A DNA stretch of 64,000 bases from Thermoplasmata archaeon (GTDB lineage Archaea > Thermoplasmatota > Thermoplasmata > Methanomassiliicoccales > Methanomethylophilaceae). Position numbers and translations under genes: made by a program. The DNA is taken from NCBI GenBank assembly GCA_015063235.1, contig SUSW01000033.1, forward strand, positions 5,773 to 69,772, written 5' to 3'. Positions 53,149-61,756 of this stretch are shown here, piece by piece. Each line of letters begins with the position of its first letter. Position 1 is the stretch's first letter. A model generated the notes under the pieces. That model was not told where the DNA came from. It saw only the letters and a program-made list of their open reading frames with translations, and ran no database searches.

Positions 53149-53343
53149 ATGAGCAGGGATCTGTCTCTGAAAACGATCCGCTTGCACGGAAAACGTGTGA
53201 GATGTCAGGTCTGCAAGAAACACGATGCAGTGGAGAGATTCTACGGGACATTTGTTTGTAGGAGCTGTCTTAAACCGATGGTGATAGGATACCTAACTGG
53301 CAGGATGATGGGGGCATAGTATGGGATGGAGGAAGAGGAATGA
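53149..53343 (+). CDS. Zn-finger microprotein with an in-frame TAG (53317-53319)
   Basis: CQVC...CRSC; read-through ends at a TGA overlapping the ATG at 53340. Confidence 0.65.
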
Positions 53344-53651
53344 GCGACGAGAATAGAAACTATCTGCTCGATTACAGAGAGAGTGGCGACCTCGGACCGT
53401 TAAAGTTAATATCCCTGAACTTCGCAGTCAATGAGGAGGACTATCAGACCACAGTCGAATGGCTGAGGGGAAAGATCCTGCGCAACAATAGGGAATTCAC
53501 GCTGGGGGAGTACGGACCGTTCAAGGATCCGAACATCCTCGTCGCTGACCCGAAGGACCTGAAGGTCGAAGAACTCAGGAGGTCGCTCTCGTCGGGGGAG
53601 TTGGTCTACGAGGATGGGATCATAATAAAGGGCATGAGGGAGAGGCCATGA
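53340..53651 (+). CDS. Hypothetical protein, paralog of 51217-51504
   Basis: Shared motifs as listed for 51217-51504. Confidence 0.7.
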   Translation: MSDENRNYLLDYRESGDLGPLKLISLNFAVNEEDYQTTVEWLRGKILRNNREFTLGEYGPFKDPNILVADPKDLKVEELRRSLSSGELVYEDGIIIKGMRERP

Positions 53652-53875
53652 AGAAACCGATAGAGGAGAGGCTCCGGCGTCAGCTGAGGAAGGAGCGTGT
53701 CTACCTCGCATTGAAGCTGAGAGGACCGAGCACGGCCAGCGCTCTGAGCACATGGCTGGACGGGGAGGAGACTCCCCACGGGATCGCCAACTTTCTCGCA
53801 GAATTGAAAGCAGAGGGGAAAACGGAGGTCGTGAGCTCCAAAAACGACGTCAAGACCTGGAGGGCGAGAGCATGA
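53648..53875 (+). CDS. Winged-HTH protein
   Basis: GPSTASALS...IANFLAELKAEGK...W. Confidence 0.6.
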   Translation: MKKPIEERLRRQLRKERVYLALKLRGPSTASALSTWLDGEETPHGIANFLAELKAEGKTEVVSSKNDVKTWRARA

Positions 53876-54713
53876 CCGAGGCCGGCCACATCAAGATCAA
53901 GATACAGACGTATGGATTGGCAGCCATGAAATGCTATCACAAATCAAGCATCAGAATCGAGACCCACAGGCCACACACAGAACCGGTTTGGTACGAGCTG
54001 TATGTATACCAGAACGATGACGCTCTGTCCGATGACAGCCATGTGAACGTATTCATGTCCAGAGAACAGCTGGAAGCATTGAGAAACGAGATAAACAAGG
54101 CACTGGAGGCGAGCGGATGATTGACACGCTCAATGGAGGGCAGACCTGCAACCAATGCAGGAAGTGGGTCCCCAAAGGCAAGAGACATGATGTATTCTGG
54201 GGAGACGTACCTGTTCAATCCTACTGCACGGAGTTCGACAAGGTAGTGATCCCATCAGACGGACAGAACTGCAAAGCTTTCGTGAAGAAACTGTTTAACG
54301 GAAACGACAAGAAGGGATGAAGATGGAAGACAGATGCATAGGATGCACTCATTGCAAGGAAGGGAAATGCGGATGCGAGAAGGGACCACTGGTCAAGAGC
54401 GAAGGATTCTGCTCGTCACACGAGAAGGAGGAATCCGAATGATGATCGCCAAGGTCATAGTCCCCAAAGGGGAGTACAGCGGCATAGTGGAGATGATCGA
54501 GCCTCCAGTCGGCCTCATCGGAAGATACGAGGCAAGGGAGATCCATATCGACTATGAGGGGCACGTCATAGGATTCAAGGCCACCCTCTTCGTAAACCCT
54601 CCGGAAGGACAGGAAGGGGAGACGAGGGTGTTCGAGACCGAGGTGACTTCGAGGTTCGACCTCCTCGAATACAACGAGGAGCTGCTGTCCTGAATCCAGC
54701 GGTCGGATGGGAA

Positions 54714-54923
54714 ATGACCCTGTCACAGGACATAATCGACCACACCGTGCCCGGGAAGGTCTACACCCCTGCCGAGGTCACCGAGCTGATAGGACACCCT
54801 GCGAAGAGATCGTCCAACGTCAAGACGATGATGGACAAGCTCTGCAACTACGGCTATTTCGAGAGATGGGTGAAGCCCAAGAGATACCTAGGAAGGGACA
54901 CATACGCTTATCTGAGAAAGTGA
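54714..54923 (+). CDS. Winged-HTH-like protein, last gene of the early operon
   Basis: YTPAEVTELIG...MDKLCNYGYFER. Confidence 0.55.
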   Translation: MTLSQDIIDHTVPGKVYTPAEVTELIGHPAKRSSNVKTMMDKLCNYGYFERWVKPKRYLGRDTYAYLRK

Positions 54924-54933
54924 AACCGCTTAC

Positions 54934-54967
54934 CTGCAGAGCCTCACCATCCCTCTGCAGGGTTTTT
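54934..54967 (+). terminator. Hairpin plus T-tract ending the early operon
   Basis: CTGCAGAG...CTCTGCAG followed by GGTTTTT. Confidence 0.55.
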
Positions 54968-54972
54968 CCATG

Positions 54973-54987
54973 CCCTACATAATAAAA
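54973..54987 (+). promoter_or_regulatory. Late promoter motif C(C/T)ACATAATAAA, copy 1 (terS)
   Basis: Same motif at 61442 and 61700; copies 1 and 3 are both followed by TCACTC and GGAGGTATAC. Confidence 0.7.
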
Positions 54988-55030
54988 GCCGTCCGTAATG
55001 TAAGATTCACTCTAACCGGAGGTATACGGT

Positions 55031-55546
55031 GTGGCAATCGATAAGAAGGTACGTGCGGAGATACTGAAGAAGCTCTACGCAGGAGTACCCGTCAATAAGA
55101 TCCTCGAAGAATACGATGTGGGGAAGACCACCCTTTTCAAATGGAAGAAGAGGGTCGATGAGGATCTCAGAGAGAGGCAGAAGGAGAAGCGCGAAAGTGA
55201 ACCGAAAAGTGAACCAGTTCACAATAAGGGGAATGAAAGTGGAAAAAGTGAACCCGTCGCCTTTCCTCCTATCGCTCACATCGATCTCGACAATCTTGCG
55301 GACCATGCCCTCCTCGGTCTATGGGATGGACTCACACGTATCAAAGAGGGACTGGAGCATGTCCGCTACTTAGAAGGTGATGCCACCAGGGAATCCCTCA
55401 CGGTATCGTATCTGAAGGAGTACCGCCAATACATAGCATTGGCAGGAAGATGGGGAGGACTCGAGGACAAGGTCGATTCCGACAACCCGATACTGACCGC
55501 ATTCACGGAAGCTTTGAAGAAGAACAGGAGAGAGGACAATGAGTGA
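55031..55546 (+). CDS. Terminase small subunit (putative)
   Basis: N-terminal HTH (YDVGKTTLFKWKKR); directly upstream of terL. Confidence 0.7.
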   Translation: MAIDKKVRAEILKKLYAGVPVNKILEEYDVGKTTLFKWKKRVDEDLRERQKEKRESEPKSEPVHNKGNESGKSEPVAFPPIAHIDLDNLADHALLGLWDGLTRIKEGLEHVRYLEGDATRESLTVSYLKEYRQYIALAGRWGGLEDKVDSDNPILTAFTEALKKNRREDNE

Positions 55547-56792
55547 AGCATTGCAGATGCCGCCTGACCATGTCCTCGATTGGATAGCCTGCGAGGATAA
55601 GCTCCAGTTCTGGGAGGGTCCTGTCAGATGCGGCAAGACGCAGGCCTCAATCCTTGCCCTTCTCTATCACATCGATAACAACCCCACATGGAAGCAGGGC
55701 ATCCTGTCAGGCAATACGACCAAGTCTGCAAAGAACAACGTCGTGAAGACCGCGATGGGATTGCTCGATCTCGCTCCCAAAGCGAAGTTCAAGGTCCATG
55801 AGGGGGAGATAGTCATCCCCACAAGGCACGGCCCTGTGAGGGTCGTTCTCTTCGGTGCGGACGACTCCGATTCCGACGATTCGCTGAGAGGATTCACCGC
55901 TGACTTCTGGCTTGCCGATGAGATCACGAAGCATCACGAGAACTTCATCAAGGAGGCCCTTGCACGTATCTCCGCATCAGAGCACCCATGGGTGCTGTGG
56001 ACCTCCAATCCGGAGAATCCCCGTAACAGGATCTACACCGAGTACACCGACAGGTTCCTGAACATGTCCGATGAGGAGAAGAAGGAGTTCGGAGGCTACT
56101 CTGAGAGACACTTCAAGCTGACGGACAACCCCATCATGACTCCGGAGAAGATCAGGGCCTTGGAGCTGACGTACACCGGAGCGGAGTACAGGAGGAAGGT
56201 CCTCGGGGAGAGATGCGTAGCGGAAGGTCTGGTCTATCCGTTCTTCGGGGACGATTGCATCAAGGCACCTCCCGAGACCGCCAAGGTCCGTTGGGCATCG
56301 ATAGACTTCGGTACCGTACACCCTACGGCGATGGGATGGTACGCATACGACAAGGAGTCCAGGACATACTACAAGGTCAGGGAATGGAGGGCGACACCCG
56401 AACAGGCCTCCAGGATGACCGTATCGGAATACATGGATGTCTTCGAGAAGATAACCGAAGAGCTCGGTGGGATCTCGAAGATGAACCTCACGATAGACTA
56501 CGGAGGAGGGGGCGAGGCTCTTGCAAGGGAAGCGGAGAGAAGGCATTGGATGCCCCAGAACCCCGATAAGAAGGTGCTTGACGGCATATCCGCTACCGCC
56601 AGGCTCCTGCACACTCACAAGCTCTACATCTCACCCGAATGCCCGTTGACCATAGAGGAGCTCTATCTCTACCATTGGGACGAAAAGGCGGCGGAGAGGG
56701 GAGAGGACAAGGTCGTGAAGGAGCACGACGACCTTGCTGATGAAACACGTTACGCAGTCTCCACGTTCATCGAGCCGAGACTGAGGAGTTGA
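55539..56792 (+). CDS. terL: Terminase large subunit (PBSX/SPP1-like)
   Basis: GPVRCGKT, LRG...DE, TSNP, IDFG..HPT, DDLADETRY. Confidence 0.93.
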   Translation: MSEALQMPPDHVLDWIACEDKLQFWEGPVRCGKTQASILALLYHIDNNPTWKQGILSGNTTKSAKNNVVKTAMGLLDLAPKAKFKVHEGEIVIPTRHGPVRVVLFGADDSDSDDSLRGFTADFWLADEITKHHENFIKEALARISASEHPWVLWTSNPENPRNRIYTEYTDRFLNMSDEEKKEFGGYSERHFKLTDNPIMTPEKIRALELTYTGAEYRRKVLGERCVAEGLVYPFFGDDCIKAPPETAKVRWASIDFGTVHPTAMGWYAYDKESRTYYKVREWRATPEQASRMTVSEYMDVFEKITEELGGISKMNLTIDYGGGGEALAREAERRHWMPQNPDKKVLDGISATARLLHTHKLYISPECPLTIEELYLYHWDEKAAERGEDKVVKEHDDLADETRYAVSTFIEPRLRS

Positions 56793-56796
56793 GAAC

Positions 56797-58167
56797 ATGG
56801 AAGACATCATAAGGACACCGACGGAGATCACTCCGAAGAGCATCAAGAACGCATACAACCAGTTCATGCACCGTCTGCAGAGGATGGTACATCTTGACAG
56901 GGCATACGATACCGGACAGGTCGGAGAAGAGCCTGTGAGGTGCGTATCGAACTACTGCAAGTACATCTCCGATACCAAGAGCTCATACGTAGCAGGCAAT
57001 CCGCCTCAGTACACGGTTGCGGAGGGCGATGACAAGGCCGCAGAGATGGTGGACCTGTTCAGGCACCAGACTAAGGAGGAGGTGGACCAGAGGCTCGTAT
57101 CCGATGCATCCATATTCGGAAGGGCATTCGAGGTCTGCTACTGCGATGTGGAGGAGGGGAAGCTCATCCCTAAGAGCGCGACCATCTCGCCGCTCCATTG
57201 CTTCGTGGCCTATGATTTCGGTCTGAATCCCGATTCCGTCTTCGGAGCGGTCCATTACATGGAGAAGGACGAGAACAATACCGAGGTGCATTATCTCGAC
57301 GTGTACGATGCCGTCAACGTCACGAGGTACAAGCTTATATCCGGATCATTCTCCGTCATCATCGATTCCAGACCGCACGGATTCGACAGGGTGCCCATCA
57401 TCGAGTACAGGAACAATGCGACCATGAGAGGGGATTTCGAGCCTGTCCTGAGCTTGCAGGATGCGATCAACCATGTCCTTTCGGACAGGGTCAAGGATAA
57501 GAACAGGTTCGCATCCGCTGTGCTCATGGCCAAAGGTGTGTCCTTCGGTGACGATCCCGAAGAGGTCGACGAGAGCATGGGGAAGTTGAAGGATGTGGAG
57601 TTCGTCTCCATACCGAAGGATGCCGATCTGTCATATCTGGTGAAGACCTTCGACGAGGCTTCCGTGCAGATCCTCGTTGATGATATAAAAGCCGACCTGC
57701 ATAAGATCAGCAGGATACCGGACCTCTCCGACCAGGCATTCGCTTCCAATTCATCGGGAGTCGCCATCAAATTCAAGCTGCAGGGATTGAACAATCTAGC
57801 ACAGTCGCTGATCGCTCAGTTCAACAAGGGATTCAAGAGAAGGTGCAAACTGTATTCTTACGTCCTCTTCGGTTCGGTAGATGCCGTGGAGGTCGAGAGC
57901 ATGCGCATAGTGTTCAGGTTCGACATCCCTGCAGACATCATCAATGAGGCCAACGCCCTTAATACCTACATACAGGCAGGCATCCTGTCCAGAAGGACCG
58001 CCATGGAGAACTGTCCATATGTTGAGGATGTAGCCATAGAGGAGGAGAGGATAGATCAAGAGAAGGATTCCGACCTCGAACGCTCTCTCCGCTCGGAGAT
58101 GGATCCGATGGTGAACAATATGAGCTCATCGGAAGATGAGGGCAATGGCGAAGAAGAGACCTACTGA
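56797..58167 (+). CDS. SPP1-type portal protein
   Basis: SNYCKYISD, FDRVPIIEY.NN..GDFE, NSSGVAIKFKL. Confidence 0.9.
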   Translation: MEDIIRTPTEITPKSIKNAYNQFMHRLQRMVHLDRAYDTGQVGEEPVRCVSNYCKYISDTKSSYVAGNPPQYTVAEGDDKAAEMVDLFRHQTKEEVDQRLVSDASIFGRAFEVCYCDVEEGKLIPKSATISPLHCFVAYDFGLNPDSVFGAVHYMEKDENNTEVHYLDVYDAVNVTRYKLISGSFSVIIDSRPHGFDRVPIIEYRNNATMRGDFEPVLSLQDAINHVLSDRVKDKNRFASAVLMAKGVSFGDDPEEVDESMGKLKDVEFVSIPKDADLSYLVKTFDEASVQILVDDIKADLHKISRIPDLSDQAFASNSSGVAIKFKLQGLNNLAQSLIAQFNKGFKRRCKLYSYVLFGSVDAVEVESMRIVFRFDIPADIINEANALNTYIQAGILSRRTAMENCPYVEDVAIEEERIDQEKDSDLERSLRSEMDPMVNNMSSSEDEGNGEEETY

Positions 58168-59905
58168 GGCGGAGGTCAACTACAGATTCGTAGGCTCCGC
58201 TACGAAGTCCATCCATGGCTCGGTCAAGAAGGCCTCCCGTGATCTGCAGGATGATTACGGGAGGATCCTTCAGACCTACACCGAGAAGGGAGGGTTCTCC
58301 TCCCGTCAGGAAGCACTGGACTACATGAACGGACATGTGCAGCCTGAAGGCTATAAGGCACTGGTGGAGAGGGCGAGGAAGCTCCCCGAACCGGACAGGA
58401 CAAGGGAACTGACCAGACTGTCCACCGATGCCTATAAGTTCCGTATGTCCAGGACCAAAGCGTGTGACATAGCACAGGGCTATCATGCTAGGATGCTCCA
58501 AGAGGACATCAGGAAGGACTTAGGTAAGGCCAAGGCGCAGACGGCCATTACCGCATCGGAGCAGACGCTCTTCAACGCTCAGAAGGCAACAGGGAGCACG
58601 GGGATAGGGTTCGACCTTCCCAACACGGAGCAGATAAAGCAGATAGCATACGGGACTACCACGGAGAAGAAGATCAAGCTGTTCTCGGACAACGAGATGA
58701 AGAGCATCCGTGGGGTGATGGATGCAGGGATCCTCTCCGGAAGGTCATACGACCAGATAGCGAAGGAAGCCGAGAAGTACACCGACAACGAGTTCTATAA
58801 GGTAAGGAGACTGGTTCGTACCGAGATGGCCCAGGCATCCGTCGATGCCGAGATGGCGGAGATGGAGGAGCTCGGATACGAGGAGTACGAGGTCCATTGC
58901 ACCCTGGACGAGAAGACATGCGAGATCTGCGGCTCCCATGACGGGAAGGTCTACAAGATGGGTGACGAGGCCAACATGCCCACGTACCACCCCAATTGCA
59001 GGTGCTACATAACCCCGGTGATGAAGAAGGAGGGCAGGACGAGGTCTGCGAGGAACGAGAAGGGGAAGAGCATCAAGGTCCCTGCCAACATGACGTATCA
59101 GGAATGGAGAAAGCAGTACGCTCCTCAGCTGGAAGTGGAGCATAAGAAGTTTGAGGTCCTGGATAAACCGATGGCTACTAGCGGTGGTAGAACTCCTACC
59201 CTTCAGGACGATTATTCAGAAGGTGAGTTTTCAGAAATCAAGACTCATTGTGAGTTTTATTCCAAAGTGCACGAGCTGCTGGGCGAAGATATTGTTTTGG
59301 ATAAGAAGAATCTAAAGAATTGTGATATGGAGGTCTTATCCACGTCATTTAACGAGATTCATAGGATGATGGAAGCTACTCCGGTCATCAGAGGATCTAT
59401 TGGGAAGATTATTGTAGAAGACTCTGACGAGATTTATGCTATCAGATTTAACGAATCACCTAATGAAAAGGCTACTTTAGTCCTAGGCAAGGCGTATTTC
59501 GAGAATAAAGATACGATGAAAGACGCTTTGAAATATGACGTGGATCATAACTTCCATCCTCCAGGAACTACACCTAGAACCGCTCCCACTCATGATATGA
59601 CTCATTTGATCGAAGCCAAAATGATCTGTGATAGATTCAAGACCAAAGCAGCAAGAGTGTTTGCTTGGGAAAACTCTACAGTCGCGGAGGATGTTCTAAG
59701 GATGGCATTCAAGGAAGTGAAAAGCAAGAATCAGAATCTCTATACAGAGGTGGAGGAAGAACTTGGTACTGTAAGCAGGTATGCGAAGACTGATTTTAGC
59801 GAAGGTATGGCTGAGTGCGTTCTCGATGTTCGTTCAAATGGTAATAAGGCAAAGCCTTTATCTAAGGCTGTTGTTAATATTCTTAGGGGGTTAGGTTATG
59901 TTTGA
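58145..59905 (+). CDS. MuF/SPP1 gp7 minor head protein with an AT-rich C-terminal zincin-like extension
   Basis: RLVRTE, LDEKTCEIC, PTYHPNCRC, MTYQEW; C-terminal HDMTH...SRYA....SE..AE. Confidence 0.85.
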   Translation: MAKKRPTEAEVNYRFVGSATKSIHGSVKKASRDLQDDYGRILQTYTEKGGFSSRQEALDYMNGHVQPEGYKALVERARKLPEPDRTRELTRLSTDAYKFRMSRTKACDIAQGYHARMLQEDIRKDLGKAKAQTAITASEQTLFNAQKATGSTGIGFDLPNTEQIKQIAYGTTTEKKIKLFSDNEMKSIRGVMDAGILSGRSYDQIAKEAEKYTDNEFYKVRRLVRTEMAQASVDAEMAEMEELGYEEYEVHCTLDEKTCEICGSHDGKVYKMGDEANMPTYHPNCRCYITPVMKKEGRTRSARNEKGKSIKVPANMTYQEWRKQYAPQLEVEHKKFEVLDKPMATSGGRTPTLQDDYSEGEFSEIKTHCEFYSKVHELLGEDIVLDKKNLKNCDMEVLSTSFNEIHRMMEATPVIRGSIGKIIVEDSDEIYAIRFNESPNEKATLVLGKAYFENKDTMKDALKYDVDHNFHPPGTTPRTAPTHDMTHLIEAKMICDRFKTKAARVFAWENSTVAEDVLRMAFKEVKSKNQNLYTEVEEELGTVSRYAKTDFSEGMAECVLDVRSNGNKAKPLSKAVVNILRGLGYV

Positions 59906-60044
59906 ATCATGGAAGGAATGGCTTGATGATGATTACAAAGGGATGGGTTTGAAGATTCGTGACGATGCTCCCCCTCAAGTCAAGGAAGAATTCCGCGTTT
60001 GGAGTGAGAATCAAAAGAAACGTCATGAGATGGGGTATCGTTAA
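59898..60044 (+). CDS. 48-aa protein, candidate immunity partner of the MuF extension
   Basis: Overlaps the MuF stop; LKIRDDAPPQVKEEF; AT-rich like the extension. Confidence 0.6.
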   Translation: MFESWKEWLDDDYKGMGLKIRDDAPPQVKEEFRVWSENQKKRHEMGYR

Positions 60045-60179
60045 GAACACCGGTTATTTATAGACAACAAATTTGCAAACTTTTAATTTCATTTATTCTC
60101 ATTAAATTAAGGTAATAACGCAACAGACAATACTTGGTATTTTTATCCAATACTTCATACGATGTGATGGTGTCTAAAG

Positions 60180-60644
60180 ATGGGAGTAGCGGAGGCTCGC
60201 GATGTCGCATCATATCTTGTAACAAAGTTCAGGGAGGTAGGAAAGCCTGCGACCAATATTAAACTACAGAAGGTACTCTATTATGCATGGATAGATTACT
60301 ACAATACACAGAAGAAATACTTGTTTGACGATGAATTCTTTGCGTGGAAATTTGGACCGGTTGTACGTGAAGTTTACTTCACATATCGTTTATGTGCTGC
60401 TATGCCGATCATGTACCCGATAGGGGAATACAACGAGGTCGATTCATCCTTAAAAGTTTTCCTTGATGGTGAAGTCGAGAAGTTCAAAGATACTAAAGCC
60501 AGTACCTTAGTATCCAGATCACATGGGGATTACACTAATAAGGAAACGGCTTGGAGCATAATCCATAAGGATGCTGGAGATAGGTTGGACAAAGTCATTC
60601 CCTTTGACTTGATTATTCAAAAAGAATGTGAGGAGTATGCTTGA
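60180..60644 (+). CDS. Panacea (DUF4065/SocA-like) antitoxin
   Basis: TNIKLQKVLYY...LFDDEFFAWKFGPVVREVY...L...SH....AW. Confidence 0.88.
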   Translation: MGVAEARDVASYLVTKFREVGKPATNIKLQKVLYYAWIDYYNTQKKYLFDDEFFAWKFGPVVREVYFTYRLCAAMPIMYPIGEYNEVDSSLKVFLDGEVEKFKDTKASTLVSRSHGDYTNKETAWSIIHKDAGDRLDKVIPFDLIIQKECEEYA

Positions 60645-61437
60645 TGACGACCCAATTCTTCCTCTAAGTGATGAGAGAGTATTCGAGCTGAGAGAAGATC
60701 TGTTTAACTTCATCCAATTGATGGTGGGATAGGATATAGATTCTAACTTCAGTTGTATTATCGATAAGTTGGATGCTATTTATTCTACCGGATATAGGCA
60801 TATGTACTCAGAAATTGGGCAAATAGTAGAGGGAATGGATATAGTCGACAGAGATATTCTTTCAGATAATATGGAAGCCCTCCATCAGAAGATGGCTCAT
60901 GAATATTTGGGTGGCAAAACATCGTATCCGATCTATCTGTATGGTATTGTTCTGAAATTAAGCGACCATATATCTCTGGAGATCCAACGCGATGTTAGAA
61001 GCGACAATATTGAAGAGAGTATAAAATTCAACGAATATGCGATGTTGAAGAGCAGTCAGGAATTATCCTCGGAAGTAAGGAGGGCTAAGAAGAAAATCAA
61101 TAAACTCCAGATGCAAAACACCACCATTTTAGCAATCTTTGCATCAATCGTGGTAGGAATAACTGGAGGTATAACATTCCTCAATAATTCCACCAACTCA
61201 CTTTCAGAAATGACAGTTTCAAACCAGCTGTTCATTATCTCATTGGTATCTTTTGTGATTTTTAATACCGTATTCATTATGATGATCTATGTTAGAGGTA
61301 TGATTGATGATATGCATGATAACATCTGTAGATGGAATATGCTGAAGCATAGTATTCCTTTATTGATAGTCGATGCAATATTGGTCTTCTTTACATTATT
61401 CGGATATTTTGAGACTGTTGGTTGGCCTAGCATTTAA
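60637..61437 (+). CDS. Membrane protein, candidate Panacea-paired toxin, with an in-frame TAG (60730-60732)
   Basis: GAGGAG SD and ATG overlapping the antitoxin end; in frame with the 60769 ORF; three C-terminal TM helices. Confidence 0.7.
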
Positions 61438-61441
61438 ACCG

Positions 61442-61453
61442 CCACATAATAAA
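61442..61453 (+). promoter_or_regulatory. Late promoter motif, copy 2 (no protein gene downstream)
   Basis: CCACATAATAAA. Confidence 0.6.
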
Positions 61454-61475
61454 CCGCTTCCACCTTTTACTTACT

Positions 61476-61696
61476 GCCGAGAGTCGAAGATGGCGAGGCC
61501 GTAGGCCCCTTGCAAGGCTTGAATACACTCCTTGAACCCTACGGCCGTAACCTGTTTCCTTACCGCTCGGATGCAACCCATCGACGGGGAGGCACCAGTA
61601 GAATGCATCCCATCATTCTTCCTCCCCGTCGTAAACATAGGGGAAGCAGCGGTTCCTCTTATCATTCCTCCTTTCCGCTGTGAATCCCTTCTTTTC
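61476..61696 (+). ncRNA. Candidate structured viral ncRNA (hairpin plus two pseudoknots with anti-SD loops)
   Basis: Stems 61497-61505/61538-61546, 61569-61575/61604-61610, 61582-61592/61621-61631, 61639-61645/61653-61659, 61647-61652/61675-61680; own promoter motif; pyrimidine tract at the 3' end. Confidence 0.6.
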
Positions 61697-61699
61697 AAG

Positions 61700-61713
61700 C
61701 CCTACATAATAAA
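61700..61713 (+). promoter_or_regulatory. Late promoter motif, copy 3 (scaffold/capsid operon)
   Basis: CCCTACATAATAAA, identical to copy 1. Confidence 0.7.
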
Positions 61714-61756
61714 CTCCCTCCCAATATCATATAATCACTCAAGTGGGAGGTATACC

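Larger units (their letters stand above)
44479..54923 (+). other. Viral early/accessory operon of ~39 mostly small genes (wHTH, Cys-rich Zn-binding, hypothetical)
   Basis: Manual tiling: 32 of 38 junctions are ATGA/GTGA overlaps once TAG is read as sense. Confidence 0.8.

Noticed and set aside
47798-53319. Pseudogene interpretation of the TAG-interrupted viral genes
   Set aside because: All interruptions are TAG, with no TAA, TGA or frameshift, and read-through restores overlaps. Neutral tolerated mutations in a Pyl host remain possible.
61476-61696. tRNA, hammerhead or HDV/theta ribozyme identity for the structured region
   Set aside because: By eye there is no cloverleaf or TTC loop, no CUGANGA/GAAA core, and no P3/P1.1 arrangement.
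61532-61756. N-terminal extension of the scaffold ORF given in the track
   Set aside because: It has a TTG start, no protein-like features, and spans the structured region and promoter. The real start is ATG 61757 with a GGAGG SD.
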